Of a stretch of DNA of 64,000 nt, positions 1-8,504 are shown one piece after another; position 1 is the stretch's first letter; every line of letters begins with the position of its first letter. The position numbers and the translations under genes are program-made. The notes beneath the pieces were generated by a model that did no database searches, was not told where the DNA came from, and worked only from the letters and a program-made list of their open reading frames with translations. The DNA is taken from the IMG/VR virus record IMGVR_UViG_3300010882_000010; one strand, 5' to 3'. The DNA comes from a virus. Its lineage: Duplodnaviria; Heunggongvirae; Uroviricota; Caudoviricetes.

Positions 1-4
1 TAAA

Positions 5-190
5 ATGGAAGTTTTTAAAGAAGGACTAGGAAAATACTGGTTAGTTATTGTAACAAAAGATGGATTTTTAAAGCGCAGAAAAGTTTACGAAGGTAATCTT
101 GTAGCAATGATGTCTCTTGTTCCATTAAGAAATCAGATGTTGGAAAGTTCAAAAAAATTACTAAAAGAATACGGATATTATGTTGACTAA
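5..190 (+). CDS. hypothetical protein
   Basis: 61-aa ORF overlapping the start of the next gene; no motif recognised. Confidence 0.5.
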   Translation: MEVFKEGLGKYWLVIVTKDGFLKRRKVYEGNLVAMMSLVPLRNQMLESSKKLLKEYGYYVD

Positions 191-1391
191 CAAACTTTAC
201 CTCATTTTTGACGGTACAAATTTTGCATACAAATCTCTTTTCGCAGCAAACGTTTTTACTAAAACTGTTATGCTTGACAATAAAAGAGATTGTGATGTTT
301 ACATGCGGAAGTTAGCTACTGATTTTGCTTTTTTAACAAGAATGGTAGGTCCTGTTGATGGTATTATTTACACTACAGATTTTGGTTCTTGGAGAAAGGA
401 AATTGATAGTAATTACAAAGCAACTAGAACCAGAGATAATTCTGTGAATTGGGAAGCTTTTCAGTCTATTAATAAAGAGTTTGTGGAAATTTTAAAAAAA
501 CAAGGAGTTGTTACATCTTCACTTTATTCTTGTGAAGGAGACGATTTAATGTACTTTTGGAGTGATAAATTGTACAATGAAGGACACAATGTAATTCTTT
601 GTACTGGTGATGGTGATATGACACAACTTGTTGACTATAATGATGATAATTTTGTTGTAGTTTTTAATGCAAAATCGACATCTCGTCAAGTTATCGGAAA
701 AACGGGGTTTTCAAAATGGGTTGAAAAAAAGAAGGTAGAAGCTGAAATTTCATTAGAAGACGAGTTTGATGTTTTTTTCAATTTGAGTTCTACTTTAATT
801 CCAACACCATTTTCGATAATTCAGAATTTGATAGAACAAACTAAATTAACTGAAATTAATCCGGAAGATGTTCTTTTTGAAAAGATAGTTTGTGGAGATG
901 AAGGTGACAATGTTCTACCAATTTTAAGTTGGCAAACAACACAATCTTCGGGAAAAGTAGTTAATAACAAAATTACACCTGTTAAAGCTAAAGTAATTCA
1001 AGAAGCAATTTTAGATAGAGGTAATGGTTGTAATCTTCCGAAAATGTTAGAATATCCAGATGTTTATCCCATTTTTCAAAAGACAATAAAGCAACTTTAC
1101 AATAAGGATTTAGAGATTAATGATTTGATGGAAAAATTGATGTTAAATGCAAAATTAGTTTATCTCAATAGGATGACAATTCCATTAATTATTCAGAATA
1201 ATTTTGAAAAACACTATGAAACTCTAAGAACAGAAGAAATGAAAAGTTTGCAAGGAATTACAATGTCAAAACTTTTGGAAGGAACTGAATACTACAAACA
1301 GAATTTTACATCAGTAGAATCTGATTTATTCAGAGATATTGCAACAATAAAGGATGTAAAACCAAAGAATAAAGCAAAATCATTATTTTAG
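180..1391 (+). CDS. rnh: 5'-3' exonuclease / T4 RNase H-like (FEN/PIN fold)
   Basis: Motifs FDGTN, SWRKEIDSNYKATR, EGDDLM, TGDGDMTQL, GDEGDNV match the flap/5' nuclease acidic clusters. Confidence 0.9.
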   Translation: MLTNKLYLIFDGTNFAYKSLFAANVFTKTVMLDNKRDCDVYMRKLATDFAFLTRMVGPVDGIIYTTDFGSWRKEIDSNYKATRTRDNSVNWEAFQSINKEFVEILKKQGVVTSSLYSCEGDDLMYFWSDKLYNEGHNVILCTGDGDMTQLVDYNDDNFVVVFNAKSTSRQVIGKTGFSKWVEKKKVEAEISLEDEFDVFFNLSSTLIPTPFSIIQNLIEQTKLTEINPEDVLFEKIVCGDEGDNVLPILSWQTTQSSGKVVNNKITPVKAKVIQEAILDRGNGCNLPKMLEYPDVYPIFQKTIKQLYNKDLEINDLMEKLMLNAKLVYLNRMTIPLIIQNNFEKHYETLRTEEMKSLQGITMSKLLEGTEYYKQNFTSVESDLFRDIATIKDVKPKNKAKSLF

Positions 1392-1392
1392 A

Positions 1393-1905
1393 ATGGCTAA
1401 AACTAAAGAAATTAAAACTGTTTGTCTTTTTGGTGAACCGGTAGTACAAAAACCAAAAGAAGATTTTGTTGATATGAAACCGTCAAAATCAACTGTTTGG
1501 GATTATGTTAACATGATGTTTTCAAATCCTAAAGAATTTGATAAGATATTAAATTATGAAAAAGGATCTAATTTTTTTATGTTGCAACGTACTTTTGCTA
1601 TTAAATATCCATTACAAGCTGCGGCTTTAAATCTTAATGGAATTAATCATGGTGAAGTTGTTAATTATTGGGCACAAAGTATTGGTCCATTATACAGTAA
1701 ATCTCCATCTTGGATTTATCAAGCTTTTAAAGAAGTAAAAGCAAAAAAACAAGTTGAAAGGGCTAAAATTAATAATATTCCAGAAGAAGTAATTTTAAAA
1801 TGGTGTCAATTAAATTATTCTTCAAAAAGAGAATTTAATGAAATTTTGGAATATTGTGGACAAGAATTTTTAAAAGAACTTAAAGTTTTAGAAGAAATAA
1901 TGTAG
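1393..1905 (+). CDS. putative clamp-loader small subunit (T4 gp62-like)
   Basis: FMLQRTFA..YP..AAALNLNG...NYW and YSSKRE pattern, size and replication context resemble gp62. Confidence 0.5.
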   Translation: MAKTKEIKTVCLFGEPVVQKPKEDFVDMKPSKSTVWDYVNMMFSNPKEFDKILNYEKGSNFFMLQRTFAIKYPLQAAALNLNGINHGEVVNYWAQSIGPLYSKSPSWIYQAFKEVKAKKQVERAKINNIPEEVILKWCQLNYSSKREFNEILEYCGQEFLKELKVLEEIM

Positions 1906-1940
1906 ATTAAATCCATAGCGGGGTTTGTCTAAAAATAATC

Positions 1941-1957
1941 AGAATAAATAGTAGAAA
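1941..1957 (+). promoter_or_regulatory. class A phage promoter (late-like)
   Basis: AGAATAAATAGTAGAAA, copy of the recurrent intergenic motif GGAATAAATAGTAAAA. Confidence 0.7.
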
Positions 1958-1983
1958 GGATACAATTAAAAAATCAATTCTAC

Positions 1984-2946
1984 ATGTACATCTACAAAAC
2001 AACAAATTTAGTAAATGGTAAAATCTATGTTGGAAAATGTGAAAATGTACCAGAAAAAACTAATTGGTATTTAGGTTCTGGAGATTTATTACAAAAAGCA
2101 TTTAAAAAGTATGGTAAAGAAAATTTTAAAAAAGAAATTTTAGAAATTTGTGATACTAAAGAAAAACTTAATGAAAGAGAAATTTTTTGGATTAAAAAAC
2201 TTAAGTTACCAAATTTTAAAATAGGTTATAATATTACAACCGGCGGAACAGGCGGAGATACGATATCAAATCATCCAAATAAAGATGAATTATTAAAAAT
2301 TTGGAGTTTAAATACAACAAAAAATAATAAAAATAGAGATTCAATAGTCTACATTAAATCTATTGAAACACGAAAAAGAAATAATAAAAATAGTCATACA
2401 GAAGAATCAAAGAAAAAATTATCAATTTCTCATACAGGAAAAAAGCATACAGAAGAAACAAAAAAGAAAATAGGTGAATTAAGCAAAGGTAATCAATATG
2501 CTTTAGGTAGTAAACGAACAGAAGAACAAAAAATAGAAATGTCTAAACAAAGAAAAGGAATAGTTAAATCTGAAGAACATAAAAAGAAAATTAGTGAAAG
2601 TAATAAAGGAAAAAAGATTTCTAAAGAATCCATACAAAAAGGTTTAGAAACAAAGAAACGTAATGGTACTAATGTTTGTAAAGAAGAAACAAAAACAAAA
2701 ATTCGTAAATCTATTATTGCTTTACAAGAAGAATATCCAGAATTAAAACCTCCATCTTTTAAAGGAAAAACACATACTAAAGAAACTAAAGAATTTTTAT
2801 CTAAACAGAAAAGTGGAGAAAAAAATCCAATGTATGGGAGAACGTTTTTTGAAATTTGGGTTGAAAAATATGGTATCGAAGAGGCACAAAAAAGACAACA
2901 ACAAAGAAGTGAAAAAATTGCAAATTCAAAAATAAAGAAAAAATAA
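1984..2946 (+). CDS. GIY-YIG homing endonuclease with NUMOD3-like repeats
   Basis: N-terminal YIYKTTNLVNGKIYVG, YLGSG, EREIFWI, GYNI..GG; repeated HTEE(T/S)KKK units. Confidence 0.92.
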   Translation: MYIYKTTNLVNGKIYVGKCENVPEKTNWYLGSGDLLQKAFKKYGKENFKKEILEICDTKEKLNEREIFWIKKLKLPNFKIGYNITTGGTGGDTISNHPNKDELLKIWSLNTTKNNKNRDSIVYIKSIETRKRNNKNSHTEESKKKLSISHTGKKHTEETKKKIGELSKGNQYALGSKRTEEQKIEMSKQRKGIVKSEEHKKKISESNKGKKISKESIQKGLETKKRNGTNVCKEETKTKIRKSIIALQEEYPELKPPSFKGKTHTKETKEFLSKQKSGEKNPMYGRTFFEIWVEKYGIEEAQKRQQQRSEKIANSKIKKK

Positions 2947-3353
2947 TGGAAAATAAAGGAATTCCAGAAATAAGGAATGAATCCTATTACAATGTTAAAG
3001 GAAGTTTTAAAGGACTAGATTTTGGTATTTATGGATGGACTGATGTGGATGCTTTACACTATGATCCAGCCACAGGAAAGGCTATTTTTATTGAGGCAAA
3101 AGCTAAAGTTTCTAATGATCCAGCAAATCGTGCATTTTACAAAAATCAATGGAGCACACTTAGGGGACTAACCAAAATTAGTCCAAATTTGATTGTTTTT
3201 ATTACAGAACATGGAAAATTTGCACAAAATGGCGATACAATGTTTTATCATTGTGAAGCAAAAGTGTGGGGTGCTTGGCAAAACGGAGAGTTAATTAACA
3301 ACTATAATGGTATGTTGATTAATGATGCAAGAAGAAAATTTTTTGCAGAATGA
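2946..3353 (+). CDS. small PD-(D/E)xK-family nuclease-like protein
   Basis: TDVDAL...IFIEAK catalytic-type pattern; ATGA overlap with the downstream MTase half. Confidence 0.55.
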   Translation: MENKGIPEIRNESYYNVKGSFKGLDFGIYGWTDVDALHYDPATGKAIFIEAKAKVSNDPANRAFYKNQWSTLRGLTKISPNLIVFITEHGKFAQNGDTMFYHCEAKVWGAWQNGELINNYNGMLINDARRKFFAE

Positions 3354-4255
3354 AATTTTCTAAAATTATCATTAATCCTCCTTACAGTAGTAATCTTCAT
3401 GTTTTAATAGCTGATAAATTGGTTAGAGAAATTGTTGATTTTCAAGATAATGGTTGCATAATTAGCTTGCAGCCATTTCTTAATTTTTATCGAGCAACTA
3501 TTGATATCTACAATTCTAATGACGAGAAACTAATTGAAGAATTTTTAATTCCAAAGATTGAAAAGTTGATTAAAATTAGTGCAGATGAATCAAGGAAAAA
3601 TTTTGATATCCGTATTCTTTCAGATATTGCAATTTTCAAATTTTCAGAGTTAGGTAAAATTAAGATAGGAGAAATTAATGATCTTTGGAAAGAGTATCAA
3701 CTTTTAAACAAAATTGTTAAACACAGAAATTTTAAACCGGTAAAAGATATTGTAGATCGTAATGAGTACTTAGGGATTAGAGTGAATTTTGTTGATGTTT
3801 CTTCTCTTGGAAATAAAGAGATTTGGAAAAAGAACAGAATTTTTACAGATGGATATGATAAGCAAGGTAATTGGTGGGGAAAAGCACCTTACACTAATAA
3901 TCAGTATGTTCATCCAGAACCTGGAGAAATTTTGTACCGAAAAAGTACTAAAAACTTTCTTTCACATCGTTCTAAAAATACTAAAGAAGATTTGATAATT
4001 CCATTCATTGGATTTTTTTCAAGTTTAAAGTGCGAAACTGAAACTATTGCAGAAAACATAGTAAAAACTATGCAAACTAAGTTTGTTACTTTTTGTTATC
4101 TTCATAAAATTGATCCTGTAATAAAGTTACGCTACATACCATGGATAAAAGCAAATTATGAAGAAGGACCTGTAACAGATGAAGATTTTTATCGAATTTT
4201 TGAACTAACTAAAAATGAAATTAAACTAATTGAGCGATATTATGCCAAAATCTAA
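3350..4255 (+). CDS. DNA amino-methyltransferase catalytic + TRD half (motifs IV-VIII, no SAM-binding motif)
   Basis: Begins MKFSKIIINPPY (motif IV at residue 9); GCIISLQP, FDIRILSDIAIF; C-terminal TDEDFYRIFELTKNEIKLIE typical of Eco57I/TaqI-like gamma MTases. Confidence 0.8.
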   Translation: MKFSKIIINPPYSSNLHVLIADKLVREIVDFQDNGCIISLQPFLNFYRATIDIYNSNDEKLIEEFLIPKIEKLIKISADESRKNFDIRILSDIAIFKFSELGKIKIGEINDLWKEYQLLNKIVKHRNFKPVKDIVDRNEYLGIRVNFVDVSSLGNKEIWKKNRIFTDGYDKQGNWWGKAPYTNNQYVHPEPGEILYRKSTKNFLSHRSKNTKEDLIIPFIGFFSSLKCETETIAENIVKTMQTKFVTFCYLHKIDPVIKLRYIPWIKANYEEGPVTDEDFYRIFELTKNEIKLIERYYAKI

Positions 4256-4682
4256 GAAAGCAGAAACAAAAAAGGATTTGTTAGATATTACAGATTCTGG
4301 AGATGTACAACAAAAATTTGAATACAGTAATGCTGATCATCTTGATAAGAAAACCAAACAACAACAGGGTTCATTTTACACACCAAGAGAAATAGCAATT
4401 AAAATGGCTAAAATGTTAGAATGGAAGCCTGGTCAAACTATTTTGGATCCATGTGTGGGTTCCGCTAATCTCATGGTAGCATGTATGGAAGTTTATCCAG
4501 AATTAACAGAAGATCTTCTTTATGGTGTAGATATTGATCCGGAAGCAATTAGGATGTGTATCAAAAAATTTCCAAAAGGTCACTGGCAAGTTGGAGATTG
4601 TCTTAAAGATCCTATTACAAATGATAAATTTTGGGCAAAAGATCCATTCAAACTTTATTATGAAACTAAGGCACTATTTTAG
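4242..4682 (+). CDS. DNA methyltransferase SAM-binding half (motifs X, I, II, III only)
   Basis: GSFYTP, ILDPCVGSANL, YGVDIDPEAI, GDCL; stops before any NPPY; ATG 4242 preferred over TTG 4230. Confidence 0.85.
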   Translation: MPKSKKAETKKDLLDITDSGDVQQKFEYSNADHLDKKTKQQQGSFYTPREIAIKMAKMLEWKPGQTILDPCVGSANLMVACMEVYPELTEDLLYGVDIDPEAIRMCIKKFPKGHWQVGDCLKDPITNDKFWAKDPFKLYYETKALF

Positions 4683-4707
4683 TTACTATTGACCTCCGAA
4701 ATAATTT

Positions 4708-4723
4708 GGAATAAATAGTAAAA
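4708..4723 (+). promoter_or_regulatory. class A phage promoter
   Basis: GGAATAAATAGTAAAA upstream of the neck/terminase operon. Confidence 0.75.
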
Positions 4724-4738
4724 GATGGTATTTAGTTA

Positions 4739-6787
4739 ATGTCACAAAATTGCGTACAAAGTTTTCCTACCGGTTCGGCACCAATGTTTCAAGGATTAAA
4801 TCCTAATAACAATAATGCAAATCAATTTAAGCCAGCTACTCTTAGTATTCCTGGTCAATTTGTTATTATTGAAAGTAACCAACTTTTTGTTAATGTTACA
4901 AGAATTAGAGGTTGGTCTGAAGAGGTTCAGGGATTAGGAACTTTGATTAAAGAATTCTCATGGTCTGTTGATAAATCCTCATGGTCTTATTGGACTCTTT
5001 TAACACAAGAGAATTTAGAAGCACTTTCAAATCGTAACATTTTACCAAAATCCGGTTTTTATTTTAGATTTCGTTACACTTTATCTTCAATAGGTAACAT
5101 AGTAATTTCAGGAGTTAAACTTAATGTTGAACAAAGTGCTACTGATACTAATTTAGGCTATGTTCCTCCTGGATTTTTTTGCGCGGAATTTGGATCTATG
5201 CAAGGTTCTATTCTAACTACTTGTGGTGGAAGCTTCAATCCCTACCTTATTAATCCTTGCAACGACATCCTACAACAACTTGCTTATGGTATTCAAAACA
5301 TGTTTGGTTTAGATTGTATCTACATGAGAGCAATACCGGATAAAAATTCTGCTGATGTTGTTTTTAAAGAATGGACTCTTTATTCAGTGGAAAATCCTGT
5401 TTGTACTAAAGTTTTAGTTCCTGATAATGAATTTCCGAGTTTTGATTTACAGTACAATCCATATGGAATTGAGTATGAATCTCCATTTGAAGTTCATATC
5501 GTAAAACAAAATTTTGAAGAACAATTTGGATTAGGTAAATTTCCACAACAAAGAGATATCCTCTTTTTTCCAATGTTTTCAGAACGTCTTTATGAAGTAA
5601 AATCTACTTCACCTGAGATGAATTTCCTTAGCCAGATGAGTTATTGGAAAGTTGATTTAATGATCTACAGAGCAAAAGCCAATACTTACGCTCCAGAAAG
5701 TATTCAAAACCTACTTGATGAAATTACAATGGATTCAGTTAAAGCTTTTGGTGCCGAAATGGAAAAAGAAACGTTGAAGATTACTAAACCACAACAATAC
5801 AATAGAAATATCGGTACTAATTTAATTGATCCTATCCGTAAGTACATCAATACTAATCTTAAAATTTTCTCTGTACCTGTTCAAAATCATGGTACAATAA
5901 TTTCAGATTCTCATTATGATTTAAGTTCTATCTTTGAACCGGATAAATCAATAGTAGGAGTTGAGTATGCACTTACTTCAAAATTCACAAAATTAGATAG
6001 TTTTGCTTTTTCATGTTGGTTTAAGGATAATAAGCCTAAATTTTTAATTCATGAAGATCCTGTTAGAATTGAAAAGATTTCGGATAGTGTTTTACGATTA
6101 AAATTGCAAGTAATTCGCAAATATCAAAAAGGTCAATATTTGCAGATATTTAGACAAGGTAAACTAAATTTCTATGGAAAAATTGTAGATGTACTTTCTG
6201 AATCTCAGTTTGATATCGAGGTAGAAAAAGAAGTTTTACAATATCTTGATTCTATTAATAATTCTTGGATTACAGCTCCAGGTTGGATTGCTAAAAGATG
6301 TTTCGAAAAAGTTTTCATGGATAGTTTGGTAGAGAAAGATAAAGAAATAAAGGGATGGAAAATTTCACAATTCGCGGAGCGATTTTTCATTCTTAATATC
6401 AATGGAAAGCAAATCTTCTTTAATACTCAAGAAAATACCGGTGATAAATGGAATGGACTATTTTTAAACTGGTCTCCAATTTTTAAACAACTTAATTTTT
6501 CTCTTTGGAAAATTAAAGATGGAGTACAAAATAACACACAATTAGAAGTAGTTTTTACTCAAACCATTGAAGATCTTGAATTTGAAGATTTTAATAGTGA
6601 AATTAATTACTTCTTACCAGCTAGCAATATCGCACTTACCAATTTAAGGATATTCAGCGAAATTGTACCATTTGAAAAACAAAGTTTGATATTGAACCAA
6701 AATATTGTGCAAGATTCACATCTTCTAATATTGGCAGATGACTCTAAGGTTAAGCACCGTCTTCCATTTGTTGGTTCTACAAAATAA
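4739..6787 (+). CDS. neck/head-completion protein (T4 gp14-like) with extra N- and C-terminal domains
   Basis: Central DCIYMRA..D.VFKE, FEVHIVKQNFEEQFG, PQQRDILFFPM..RLYEV as in gp14; beta-rich C-terminus. Confidence 0.7.
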   Translation: MSQNCVQSFPTGSAPMFQGLNPNNNNANQFKPATLSIPGQFVIIESNQLFVNVTRIRGWSEEVQGLGTLIKEFSWSVDKSSWSYWTLLTQENLEALSNRNILPKSGFYFRFRYTLSSIGNIVISGVKLNVEQSATDTNLGYVPPGFFCAEFGSMQGSILTTCGGSFNPYLINPCNDILQQLAYGIQNMFGLDCIYMRAIPDKNSADVVFKEWTLYSVENPVCTKVLVPDNEFPSFDLQYNPYGIEYESPFEVHIVKQNFEEQFGLGKFPQQRDILFFPMFSERLYEVKSTSPEMNFLSQMSYWKVDLMIYRAKANTYAPESIQNLLDEITMDSVKAFGAEMEKETLKITKPQQYNRNIGTNLIDPIRKYINTNLKIFSVPVQNHGTIISDSHYDLSSIFEPDKSIVGVEYALTSKFTKLDSFAFSCWFKDNKPKFLIHEDPVRIEKISDSVLRLKLQVIRKYQKGQYLQIFRQGKLNFYGKIVDVLSESQFDIEVEKEVLQYLDSINNSWITAPGWIAKRCFEKVFMDSLVEKDKEIKGWKISQFAERFFILNINGKQIFFNTQENTGDKWNGLFLNWSPIFKQLNFSLWKIKDGVQNNTQLEVVFTQTIEDLEFEDFNSEINYFLPASNIALTNLRIFSEIVPFEKQSLILNQNIVQDSHLLILADDSKVKHRLPFVGSTK

Positions 6788-6798
6788 TAACAAAAATC

Positions 6799-7536
6799 AT
6801 GAGTGATGATAAGAGTCCTAAAAAAAGAGGTCCAAAACCTGGTACAAAACCAGAAAGAAAACAACTTGAACCAGAAGAAAAAAGCAGACAACTTAAAGAA
6901 CGAAAAGAGCTTGAAGATTTAATCAAGTGTCAAGAAGAAAGTTTGATGACTTTAACAGAAGAGGCAAACAGTATACTACCAAAACAATGTGGCTTAAAGT
7001 TTGATAATGAACAAGCTACGTTAGTTGCAATTAGAGATTCGGCTGATATTGTTTCGGCAAATGCACAATTTTTCTTAGGAGATGAAGTTATTAAGGGCGA
7101 GCGTTACATCCAAGAGAAGATGAAAATTGATACTTTAATTGTTTCAGATCTCCGAAAAACTTCTATTATTTCAGATTGGTCTATTCTTAAGATGATTGAG
7201 AATATTGATGAAGGTAACAATCATCCAAGAGCTTACGAGGTTCTTAGTACACTACAAAAAACTAAGATGGATGTTTCTAAACTGTTAGCTCAGTATGTTA
7301 CTTCAATGGAAAACAACTACAAAAATATCAAAGAGGATTACAAAGTTAAGAAAAAAGAAGAAGCTTTGGAAGTTGAATTTTTAGAAGTAGATGGTACGCC
7401 TACAAAGAAAAATGGTGATGTTGTTTCAAGAGGTAGTAAAGATATGATTAGAAATCTTAGAATGGCAATGGATGAAATGGAAACAGAAGATGCTGAAGCT
7501 GAAATTGGTGAGATAGAAAAAATTGAAAACATCTAA
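6799..7536 (+). CDS. terS: terminase small subunit (T4 gp16-like)
   Basis: HPRAYEVLSTL motif, helical, directly upstream of terL. Confidence 0.75.
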   Translation: MSDDKSPKKRGPKPGTKPERKQLEPEEKSRQLKERKELEDLIKCQEESLMTLTEEANSILPKQCGLKFDNEQATLVAIRDSADIVSANAQFFLGDEVIKGERYIQEKMKIDTLIVSDLRKTSIISDWSILKMIENIDEGNNHPRAYEVLSTLQKTKMDVSKLLAQYVTSMENNYKNIKEDYKVKKKEEALEVEFLEVDGTPTKKNGDVVSRGSKDMIRNLRMAMDEMETEDAEAEIGEIEKIENI

Positions 7537-8048
7537 TGAGTGCACAGAATATCTGGAGTACAATTAAAATAGAGGAAACTTTATCGAGAATTGAAAATGG
7601 ACTTGAAGCAGACATGTCATGTTTTCATGAAGGTGATATTACACTTAGGAAAGCATACATCAATTTTCAGTATACTAAAGAAGAACAAAAGATTATTGCA
7701 CGATGTATGAAGGATATCCATTATTTTGCCAGTTTTTGTCAAGTAATGACAGATGATGGAATTCGAAAAATTAAACTTAGGGATTATCAAAAAGAAATTT
7801 TGACTAATTTTGCACATCCAACAAACAGGTACAATATCTTATTGGCTAGCAGGCAGATAGGAAAATGTCAACTTTTTACAACAAAAGTAACAATTAAGAA
7901 TAGAAAAACCGATGAAATTTTTGAAACAAGTATTGGAAATTTGTACTATGGTACTCTTTCACAAATTAGAAAATTAACCATTTTTGAGAGGTTAAAGTGG
8001 AAACTTTGGAATTGGTATAGTAAACTTTTAGAAAAGAAACAATTTTAA
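7536..8048 (+). CDS. terL: terminase large subunit N-terminal fragment fused to N-intein
   Basis: C..DIHYFA, LRDYQKE (Q motif), ILLASRQIGK followed by Cys111, the first intein residue. Confidence 0.92.
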   Translation: MSAQNIWSTIKIEETLSRIENGLEADMSCFHEGDITLRKAYINFQYTKEEQKIIARCMKDIHYFASFCQVMTDDGIRKIKLRDYQKEILTNFAHPTNRYNILLASRQIGKCQLFTTKVTIKNRKTDEIFETSIGNLYYGTLSQIRKLTIFERLKWKLWNWYSKLLEKKQF

Positions 8049-8504
8049 AATGTTTAGATTTTTTGTATGATTAAGAAACTATTAAGAAAATTGATCCTAT
8101 TTACCATTGAATTTATTGAAAAAATTGAATATCAAAAAATCGATCTCAACCAAGATGATATTTCAAAAAAAATTCTTAATAGTTTAGATTGTAATTTTGA
8201 TGTTTTTACAGATACAGGATGGGAACCTGCTATAAAAATTCATTTAACACAGCCATATTACAAATGGAAAGTAAAAACAGAATTTGGCAAACAAATTGAA
8301 TGTGCAGATAATCATATCATTTTTGATAAAAACATGAATGAAATTTTTGTTAAAGATCTTAAAGTAGGAGATTTGATACAAACTAAAGATGGACTAGAAA
8401 AAATTATTTCATTGAAATTTTCAAAAAGTAAAATTTCAATGTTTGATTTAACAGTTAATTCTAAAAATCATCGTTATTATACTAATGATATTCTTTCACA
8501 TAAT
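7866..8504 (+). mobile_element. naturally split mini-intein (IntN 7866-8045, 60 aa; IntC 8067-8504, 146 aa)
   Basis: Block A CQLFTTKV; block B ECADNH; block F MFDLTV; block G YYTNDILSHN followed by Thr; splicing restores Walker A RQIGK/T. Confidence 0.9.

Noticed and set aside
8046-8066. Readthrough or single sequencing error joining the terL halves
   Set aside because: Two different in-frame stops (TAA, TAG) and a separate ATG; the split position matches known atypical TerL inteins
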